Shown here piece by piece: positions 58,040 to 64,000 of a stretch of 64,000 nt of DNA. The translations under genes were made by a program, and so were the position numbers. The notes under the pieces were generated by a model. It was not told where the DNA came from. It did not search any database and was given only the letters and a program-made list of their open reading frames with translations. Positions within the stretch are counted from its first letter, which is position 1. Every line of letters starts with the position of its first letter. Origin of the DNA: an uncultured Limimonas sp. (GTDB lineage Bacteria > Pseudomonadota > Alphaproteobacteria > Kiloniellales > Rhodovibrionaceae); NCBI GenBank assembly GCA_913055855.1, contig CAJXKW010000002.1, positions 9,150 to 73,149 of the forward strand, in the 5' to 3' direction.

Positions 58040-58357
58040 TCAGCGGTCGATGGTCTCGCCGGAGCGCCGGGCGATGCGCACCTTGCGCCCGTCCTCGAGA
58101 CGCTTGAAGCCGACGCGCGTGGGCAGGCCGTCCTTCGGATCGGCCACGGCGACGTTGGAGACGTGGATCGGCGCCTCCTTTTCCTGAATGCCGCCCTGGC
58201 TGCGCATGGAGGGCTTCTCGTGGCGCTTGACCACGTTCACCCCCTGGACGATCACCCGGCTCTCCTTGGGAAGAACGCGAAGGACCTCGCCGCGCTTGCC
58301 GCGATCGCGGCCGGTCCGGACAATGACGTTGTCGCCTTTCTTGATCTTGGCGGCCAT
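58040..58357 (-). CDS. rplX: 50S ribosomal protein L24
   Basis: [28 protein letters not shown]... (105 aa). The start shares one nt with the rplN stop (TGATG). The 259-aa track ORF is an upstream extension. Confidence 0.95.
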   Translation of the reverse strand: MAAKIKKGDNVIVRTGRDRGKRGEVLRVLPKESRVIVQGVNVVKRHEKPSMRSQGGIQEKEAPIHVSNVAVADPKDGLPTRVGFKRLEDGRKVRIARRSGETIDR

Positions 58358-58725
58358 CACAGCACCTCGGGGGCGAGCGAAATGATCTTCATGAACCGCT
58401 TGGCCCGGAGCTCGCGCGTCACGGGGCCGAAGATACGCGTGCCGATCGGCTCGTGCTGCCGGTTGAGCAGCACCGCCGCATTGCGGTCGAAGCGGATGCA
58501 GGTCCCGTCGGGGCGCTTGATCTCCTTGGCCGTGCGCACGATCACGGCGCGCCGGACGTCGCCCTTCTTGACGCGGCCCCGCGGGATCGCCTCCTTCACG
58601 GTGACGACGATGATGTCGCCGATGGACGCGGACTTTCGGCCCGAACCGCCCAGTACCTTGATGCACTGCACCCTGCGGGCGCCGGAGTTGTCGGCGACGT
58701 CCAGGTTCGTTTGCATCTGGATCAT
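58357..58725 (-). CDS. rplN: 50S ribosomal protein L14
   Basis: [28 protein letters not shown]... Confidence 0.95.
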   Translation of the reverse strand: MIQMQTNLDVADNSGARRVQCIKVLGGSGRKSASIGDIIVVTVKEAIPRGRVKKGDVRRAVIVRTAKEIKRPDGTCIRFDRNAAVLLNRQHEPIGTRIFGPVTRELRAKRFMKIISLAPEVL

Positions 58726-58755
58726 GGCGAGACTTCCTTTTGTGTGCCTGGGCGT

Positions 58756-59001
58756 CTAGCCGTTGCGTTCGCTCTCGGGCAGCACTTCCCAGCGCTTGCG
58801 CTTGGAGTGCGGCGCGCACTCGCGAATCTTGACGAAATCGCCCACTTTGAAGCGGTTGTCCGCGTCGTGCGCGGCGTAGCGCTTCGAGTTTTTCACGAAC
58901 TTCTTGTACAGCGGGTGCTTGACGCGGCGCTCGACAAGCACGGTGACCGTCTTGTCCGCCTTGTCCGAAACCACCCGGCCCTGAAGGATGCGGCGGGGCA
59001 T
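58756..59001 (-). CDS. rpsQ: 30S ribosomal protein S17
   Basis: [32 protein letters not shown]... Confidence 0.95.
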   Translation of the reverse strand: MPRRILQGRVVSDKADKTVTVLVERRVKHPLYKKFVKNSKRYAAHDADNRFKVGDFVKIRECAPHSKRKRWEVLPESERNG

Positions 59002-59004
59002 GCC

Positions 59005-59211
59005 TTAGGTCTCCTCGTTGTTGGCCCGACGCTTTTCCGTCAGCAGCGTCTTGATCCGCGCGATATCGCGGCGGACCTGGCCGACGCGTGCGGTGTTCTC
59101 GAGCTGTCCGCTCGCCTGCTGGAAGCGCAGGTTGAACTGTTCCTTCTTCAGCGTGACGAGCTGATCCTTCAGCTCATCCACCGTTTTCGTCCGGAGATCT
59201 TCGGCCTTCAT
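59005..59211 (-). CDS. rpmC: 50S ribosomal protein L29
   Basis: [43 protein letters not shown]... Confidence 0.95.
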   Translation of the reverse strand: MKAEDLRTKTVDELKDQLVTLKKEQFNLRFQQASGQLENTARVGQVRRDIARIKTLLTEKRRANNEET

Positions 59212-59215
59212 GGTC

Positions 59216-59641
59216 TCAGCCCTCCAGCCGGCGGATGAACTTCGTCTTCACCGGAAGCTTCGCCGACGCCAGGCGGAACGCCTCCTCGGCGACCTCTTCG
59301 GAGACGCCATCCAGCTCGAAGATCACGCGGCCCGGATGAACGCGGGTGGCCCACCATTCGACGGTGCCCTTGCCCTTGCCCATGCGCACCTCGGCGGGCT
59401 TCTCCGTGACCGGCACGTCCGGGAAGACGCGGATCCAGAGCTTACCGATACGGCGCATGCGGCGCGTCACCGAGCGCCGGGCGGCCTCGATCTGGCGGGC
59501 CGAAACGCGCCCGCCCGTCTCCGCCTTCAGGCCGTACTGCCCGAAATTCATCCGGGTTCCGCCCTTGGCGACGCCGCGGATCTTGGTCTTGTCTTTCTGC
59601 TGCTTGCGGTACTTCGTGCGTTTCGGCTGTCGCATCGACAT
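59216..59641 (-). CDS. rplP: 50S ribosomal protein L16
   Basis: (MS)[16 protein letters not shown]...; the true start is possibly the ATG at 59635. Confidence 0.95.
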   Translation of the reverse strand: MSMRQPKRTKYRKQQKDKTKIRGVAKGGTRMNFGQYGLKAETGGRVSARQIEAARRSVTRRMRRIGKLWIRVFPDVPVTEKPAEVRMGKGKGTVEWWATRVHPGRVIFELDGVSEEVAEEAFRLASAKLPVKTKFIRRLEG

Positions 59642-59689
59642 GGTCGCCGGTCCCTAATTCTCGCGTGGCGGGTCGCCGAACCGGCCGGC

Positions 59690-60370
59690 TCAGCGCCCCG
59701 GCTGGTTCTCCTGCATCCGCTTGTCCTGCGCCATGGGGTCGTGTTCCAGGATCTCGCCCTTGAACACCCAGACCTTCACGCCGCAACTGCCGTACGCGGT
59801 CTTCGCCGTCGCGTCGCCGTAGTCAATGTCCGCGCGCAGCGTGTGCAGCGGCACCCGGCCCTCGTGGTACCATTCCGTGCGCGCGATCTCGGCACCGCCC
59901 AGTCGGCCGGCGCAGGTGATGCGGATCCCCTGCGCACCCAGGCGCTGGGCCGACTGCACCGCGCGCTTCATCGCCCGGCGGAAGGCCACACGGCGCTCGA
60001 GCTGGCTGGCGATGTTCTCCGCGACCAGTGTCGCCTCCAGCTCGGGCTTGCGGATCTCGACGATGTTCAGGTTCACCTCGGAACCCGTCATCTTCTGCAG
60101 ATCCTTGCGCAGGCGCTCGATGTCCTGGCCCTTCTTGCCGATGATCACGCCCGGCCGCGCGGTGTGGATCGTGATCCGCGCCTTCTTCGTCGGCCGCTCG
60201 ATGATCACGCGCGAGACGCCGGCCTGCGCGCAGCGCTGCTTGAGGTAGCGGCGCAGCCGCAGGTCCTCGTGCAACAGATCGGCATAGTGGTATTTGTTGG
60301 CGAACCAGCGCGAATCCCAGGTGCGGTTGATCCCGAGGCGCAGGCCCGTCGGATTGACTTTGTGACCCAT
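59690..60370 (-). CDS. rpsC: 30S ribosomal protein S3
   Basis: [24 protein letters not shown]... Confidence 0.95.
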   Translation of the reverse strand: MGHKVNPTGLRLGINRTWDSRWFANKYHYADLLHEDLRLRRYLKQRCAQAGVSRVIIERPTKKARITIHTARPGVIIGKKGQDIERLRKDLQKMTGSEVNLNIVEIRKPELEATLVAENIASQLERRVAFRRAMKRAVQSAQRLGAQGIRITCAGRLGGAEIARTEWYHEGRVPLHTLRADIDYGDATAKTAYGSCGVKVWVFKGEILEHDPMAQDKRMQENQPGR

Positions 60371-60372
60371 CG

Positions 60373-60753
60373 CTAGACGCTCTCCTCGCGCTCGCGCACC
60401 ACGATCGTCAGCCGGCTGAACGGCTTGTCGATGCGGCCGACGCGACCCCGGGCGCGCGGACGCATGCGCTTCATCGTCAGGCTCTTGCCCACCGACGCCT
60501 CGGCCACGTACAGCCGGTCGACGTCGAGCTGATGGTTGTTCTCCGCGTTGGCGATCGCGGACTGCAGCACCTTCTTGACCTCGCCGGCGATGCGGCGCTT
60601 GGTGAACGAAAGCTCCGCCAGCGCGGTCTCGGCGTCCTTGCCCCGGATCAGGCCGCAGACGACGTTGAGCTTGCGCGGGCTCGTGCGCAGGGTGCGCGCC
60701 CTGGCGTGCGCCTCGTTCTCCGCGACCGGCCGGGCCGCCTTGGCCTTACCCAT
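60373..60753 (-). CDS. rplV: 50S ribosomal protein L22
   Basis: ...[36 protein letters not shown]... Confidence 0.95.
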   Translation of the reverse strand: MGKAKAARPVAENEAHARARTLRTSPRKLNVVCGLIRGKDAETALAELSFTKRRIAGEVKKVLQSAIANAENNHQLDVDRLYVAEASVGKSLTMKRMRPRARGRVGRIDKPFSRLTIVVREREESV

Positions 60754-60756
60754 CGC

Positions 60757-61035
60757 CTATCTCCTCTTCGCCTTCTTGTCCGCGGCGTGGCCGTGGAACG
60801 TGCGCGTCGGGGCGAACTCGCCGAACTTGTGCCCGACCATGTGCTCCGTCACCAGCACGGGGATGAACTTCTTCCCGTTATGCACCCCGAAGGTCAGCCC
60901 GACAAACTGGGGCATGATAGTCGAGCGCCGCGACCACGTCTTGATGATTTCCTTCCGGCCCGACTCGCGCGCCGCCTCTGCCTTCTTGAGCAGATGGCCG
61001 TCGACGAACGGGCCCTTCCAAACCGAGCGCGCCAA
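60757..61035 (-). CDS. rpsS: 30S ribosomal protein S19
   Basis: [20 protein letters not shown]...[15 protein letters not shown]. Confidence 0.95.
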   Translation of the reverse strand: MARSVWKGPFVDGHLLKKAEAARESGRKEIIKTWSRRSTIMPQFVGLTFGVHNGKKFIPVLVTEHMVGHKFGEFAPTRTFHGHAADKKAKRR

Positions 61036-61047
61036 AATGGGCCTCCG

Positions 61048-61884
61048 TTACTTGCGCTTCTTCTTCTGACGACGCCGTACGATCATCGAATCGTTGCGCG
61101 TGTTCTTGCGCGTCTTTGCACCCTTGGTCGGCTTGCCCCAGGGGCTTACGGGATGGCGCCCGCCCGAGGTGCGGCCCTCGCCGCCGCCGTGCGGGTGGTC
61201 GATCGGGTTCATCGCCACGCCGCGCACGCTCGGCCGCTTGCCCTTCCAGCGGCTGCGGCCCGCCTTGCCGTCGTTGCGGTTCGCGTGATCCGAGTTGGAG
61301 ACGGCGCCGACCGTCGCCATGCAACCGCCCGGAACCATGCGCACCTCGCCCGATGCCAGGCGCAACAGCGAGAACCCGGCGTCCCGGCCGACCAGTTGGA
61401 CGTAACTGCCCGCGGCGCGCGCCATCTGCGCACCCTTGCCCGGCTTCAGCTCGACGTTGTGGACGATCGTACCGACGGGCACGTTGCGCAGCGGCATGGC
61501 GTTGCCCGGCTTGATGTCCGTCTTCTCGCCCGCCACCACGCGGTCGCCGACCTTCAGGCGCTGCGGCGCGACGATGTAGGACAGCTCGTCGTCCTCGTAG
61601 CGCAGCAACGCGATGAACGCCGTCCGGTTCGGGTCGTACTCGATCCGCTCCACCGTCGCCGGCACGTCGCGCTTGCGCCGCTTGAAGTCGATGATGCGGT
61701 ACGTGCGCTTGTGCCCGCCGCCGCGCCGGCGCGTGGTCATGCGGCCCAGGTTGTTCCGGCCGCCGCTCTTGGTCAGCCCGTGGGTAAGGCTCTTGACCGG
61801 CTTGCCGCTCCAGAGCTCGCGCCGGCTGACGGTCACAAGCTGGCGCTGCGAGGGCGTGACCGGATTGTACGTCTTGAGCGCCAT
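61048..61884 (-). CDS. rplB: 50S ribosomal protein L2
   Basis: [17 protein letters not shown]...[25 protein letters not shown]. Confidence 0.95.
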   Translation of the reverse strand: MALKTYNPVTPSQRQLVTVSRRELWSGKPVKSLTHGLTKSGGRNNLGRMTTRRRGGGHKRTYRIIDFKRRKRDVPATVERIEYDPNRTAFIALLRYEDDELSYIVAPQRLKVGDRVVAGEKTDIKPGNAMPLRNVPVGTIVHNVELKPGKGAQMARAAGSYVQLVGRDAGFSLLRLASGEVRMVPGGCMATVGAVSNSDHANRNDGKAGRSRWKGKRPSVRGVAMNPIDHPHGGGEGRTSGGRHPVSPWGKPTKGAKTRKNTRNDSMIVRRRQKKKRK

Positions 61885-61887
61885 GGC

Positions 61888-62223
61888 TTAGGACACCCCC
61901 GTCGTCACGTCGATGTGGTAGCCTTCCGCGAGGGTCACGTAGGCCTTCTTGCTGTCCGACCGACGGCCGCGGATGCCGCGGAAGCGCTTCACCTTGCCCT
62001 TGAGGCGGAGCGTGTTCACCGAGGTCACCTTGACGTCGAAGAGCTGCTCCACCGCATGGCGGATCTCCGGCTTCGACGCCTCCAGCGGGACCTGGAACGC
62101 GACCTGGTTGTTTTCCGAGGCCATGGTCGCCTTCTCGGTGATCACCGGGGCGCGCACGATGTCGTACATGCGCTCCCGGCTCATCGCGACCTCGCTCGGC
62201 TTGTGGATGCGACGCTTGCTCAT
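61888..62223 (-). CDS. rplW: 50S ribosomal protein L23
   Basis: ...[19 protein letters not shown]... The ATG at 62223 overlaps the rplD stop (ATGA). The alternative start at 62184 would give the usual ~98-aa length. Confidence 0.9.
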   Translation of the reverse strand: MSKRRIHKPSEVAMSRERMYDIVRAPVITEKATMASENNQVAFQVPLEASKPEIRHAVEQLFDVKVTSVNTLRLKGKVKRFRGIRGRRSDSKKAYVTLAEGYHIDVTTGVS

Positions 62224-62840
62224 GTCAGCCGCGCCTCCAGCGCTTCCACCGCGTCCTTGGTCAGCACCAGCTGGTCGTGGCGCAGGATGTCGTGGACGTT
62301 CGCCCCGATCTGCGGCAGCACATCGATGCCCACGATGTTGCGCACGGCGAGCGAGAAATTCGGGTCCAGCTCGCCGCCCGCGACGACCAGCGCGTCATTG
62401 AGGCCCAACGCGGCCAGCTTCTTCTTCGCCTCGCGCGTCTTGGGCGTGTCCAGCGCCGCGGAGTCCAGCACGACCAGCTTGCCCTCGGCCGCCTTCGCCG
62501 AAAGCGCCGATTTCAGGCCCAGCCGGCGCACCTTCTTGGGAAGGTCGTGGGCATGGCTGCGCGGGTGCGGCCCGTGCGCAATGCCACCGCCGCGGAAGAT
62601 CGGCGCCTTGCGCGCCCCGTGGCGGGCGCGGCCGGTGCCCTTCTGGCGGTAGATCTTCGTCGTGGAACCCTTGATCTCACTGCGCGTCTTGGTGTCGTGC
62701 GTGCCCGCCCGGCGCTTGGCGAGCTGCCACTTGACCACGCGCGCCAGGATATCCTGGCGCACGGGCGCGCCGAAGACGCTGTCGCTAAGCTCGATTTCGC
62801 CGTTCGGCTGATTGTCGAGCGTGGTGACCTGGCACTTCAT
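62220..62840 (-). CDS. rplD: 50S ribosomal protein L4
   Basis: ...[25 protein letters not shown]... Confidence 0.95.
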   Translation of the reverse strand: MKCQVTTLDNQPNGEIELSDSVFGAPVRQDILARVVKWQLAKRRAGTHDTKTRSEIKGSTTKIYRQKGTGRARHGARKAPIFRGGGIAHGPHPRSHAHDLPKKVRRLGLKSALSAKAAEGKLVVLDSAALDTPKTREAKKKLAALGLNDALVVAGGELDPNFSLAVRNIVGIDVLPQIGANVHDILRHDQLVLTKDAVEALEARLT

Positions 62841-63556
62841 TGTTCGTTGCCCTCGTTCGCTGCCGCGGCGTCACCCTCGCCGGTGCCGCGCAGCCCCGCC
62901 GGAAACGGCGCGGACTCGGGCAGCGGCCGTTTCACCGCGTCGCTGAGCCGGACCCAGGCGCCGTCGTAGCCGGGCACGTGCCCCTTCACCAGGACGAGGT
63001 TCCGCTCACCGTCCACGCGCACCACCTCGAGGTTCTGCTTGCTCACCTTCCGGTTGCCCATGCGCCCCGGCATCTTCTTGCCCTTGAAGACCTTGCCCGG
63101 GTCCTGCATCTGGCCCGTGGAGCCCGGCGCGCGGTGCACCGCCGAGACACCGTGGGTGGCGCGCATGCCGGTGAAGCCGTGCCGCTTGATGACGCCCTGG
63201 AAGCCGCGACCCTTCGACAGGCCGCGCACATCCACCCGCTGGCCCGTGACGAAGTGCTCGGCCGTGATCTCCTGCCCGGGCTCCAGCATCGCCTCCTCGG
63301 AGACGCGGAACTCCGCCAGCTTCGCCTTCGGCTTCACCTTCGCCTTGGCATAGTGCCCGCGCAGCGGGCGCGGCGTGTTCTTCGGCTTGGCGCTGCCCGC
63401 ACCGATCTGGAGCGCGGTGTAGCCGTCGCGCTCCGTCGTGCGCTGCGCGACCACCTGGCACTCTTCCAGCGAGAGCACCGTCACCGGCACGTGGCGCCCC
63501 TCGTCGTCGAAGATGCGGGTCATGCCGACCTTCTTCGCGATGACACCGGTCCGCAT
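62837..63556 (-). CDS. rplC: 50S ribosomal protein L3
   Basis: [28 protein letters not shown]... Confidence 0.95.
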   Translation of the reverse strand: MRTGVIAKKVGMTRIFDDEGRHVPVTVLSLEECQVVAQRTTERDGYTALQIGAGSAKPKNTPRPLRGHYAKAKVKPKAKLAEFRVSEEAMLEPGQEITAEHFVTGQRVDVRGLSKGRGFQGVIKRHGFTGMRATHGVSAVHRAPGSTGQMQDPGKVFKGKKMPGRMGNRKVSKQNLEVVRVDGERNLVLVKGHVPGYDGAWVRLSDAVKRPLPESAPFPAGLRGTGEGDAAAANEGNEQ

Positions 63557-63560
63557 CGCC

Positions 63561-63875
63561 TTATCCTTTCAGCTTGATCTCGACGTCGACGCCGGCCGCG
63601 AGGTCGAGCTTCATCAGCGCGTCCACCGTTTGCGGCGTGGGGTCGACGATGTCGAGCAACCGCTTGTGCGTCCGCATCTCGAACTGCTCGCGGCTCTTCT
63701 TATCGATGTGCGGCGAACGCAGCACCGTGAACCGCTCGATGCGCGTGGGCAGCGGGATGGGCCCGCGAACCCGGGCGCCGGTGCGCTTGGCCGTGTTGAC
63801 GATCTCCGACGTCGACTGGTCCAGCACCCGATGCTCGAACGCCTTCAAGCGGATGCGAATGTTCTGGCTTTCCAT
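63561..63875 (-). CDS. rpsJ: 30S ribosomal protein S10
   Basis: [41 protein letters not shown]... Confidence 0.95.
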   Translation of the reverse strand: MESQNIRIRLKAFEHRVLDQSTSEIVNTAKRTGARVRGPIPLPTRIERFTVLRSPHIDKKSREQFEMRTHKRLLDIVDPTPQTVDALMKLDLAAGVDVEIKLKG

Positions 63876-63897
63876 GGATCGCCACCTGCTTGGGACG

Positions 63898-63940
63898 ACA
63901 GGGCCGCGGTTCCCGCACGTGCGGGCGCGCCGCGGCCCTG
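63898..63940 (-). promoter_or_regulatory. nested GC-rich stem-loop in the tuf-rpsJ spacer (terminator/attenuator candidate)
   Basis: GGGCCGCGG (63901-09) pairs with CCGCGGCCC (63930-38). They enclose the 14-nt palindrome CCCGCACGTGCGGG. No U-tract follows on the minus strand. Confidence 0.35.
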
Positions 63941-63957
63941 GTTCCGCGTTGTCGGGT

Positions 63958-64000
63958 TACTCGATGATTTTGGAGACGACGCCGGCGCCGACGGTCTTGC
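63958..64000 (-). CDS. tuf: elongation factor Tu, extreme C-terminus (gene runs off the window's right edge)
   Basis: Reverse translation gives ...[13 protein letters not shown]-stop, the conserved EF-Tu C-terminus. Its position upstream of rpsJ is the canonical one. Confidence 0.8.

Noticed and set aside
58358-58819. Upstream part of the 259-aa ORF 58040..58819
   Set aside because: Only the last 105 codons are L24 ([11 protein letters not shown]...). The upstream part overlaps rplN in another frame and is Arg/Pro-rich.

Overview
High-GC (hand counts of about 70-75% in typical stretches) proteobacterial chromosome segment, probably alphaproteobacterial judging from the ribosomal-protein sequences and operon layout. 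It has three parts.

(1) 1-15.3 kb is housekeeping and small accessory genes. These are fhs (partial), a nitrilase-family hydrolase, an orphan phage terminase-small-subunit-like gene next to a higB-higA toxin-antitoxin pair, an MFS transporter, CoxG-like and TenA genes, and a minus-strand cysE-iscR-(2 cysteine desulfurases)-ferredoxin cluster. An alpha/beta hydrolase, anmK, tyrS and zur-znuC with a recognisable Zur box follow.

(2) 15.3-49.5 kb is a roughly 34-kb accessory block with no tRNA, integrase or transposase that I could see. It contains:
- (a) A co-directional minus-strand run (15.3-34.4 kb) of about 12 exported or lipoprotein genes. They are built from LPP20/FlgP-like, CsgG/LpoB/DUF799-like, YcfL-like, TPR, SLH-like, FN3 and parallel-beta-helix modules, plus an MltC-like lytic transglycosylase and a 1944-aa AsmA-family giant protein. 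Three of them, including a 51-aa peptide, share a Gly-rich C-terminal tail ending in Phe.
- (b) Directly upstream on the same strand, an orphan T6SS spike module: atypical VgrG, DUF2169-pentapeptide fusion, 667-aa pentapeptide protein, DUF3540, DUF4150 PAAR-like. It has no toxin, immunity or core tss genes.
- (c) A plus-strand group: transglutaminase-like gene, autotransporter-type beta-barrel, signal-less Calx-beta/cadherin repeat protein, and a truncated 527-aa VgrG.

(3) 49.5-64 kb is the conserved minus-strand tuf-S10-spc-alpha ribosomal superoperon, rpsJ through rplQ, including secY, adk and rpoA.

All domain calls are by-eye motif recognition and need HMM confirmation. The many long ORFs antisense to these genes are high-GC artefacts.
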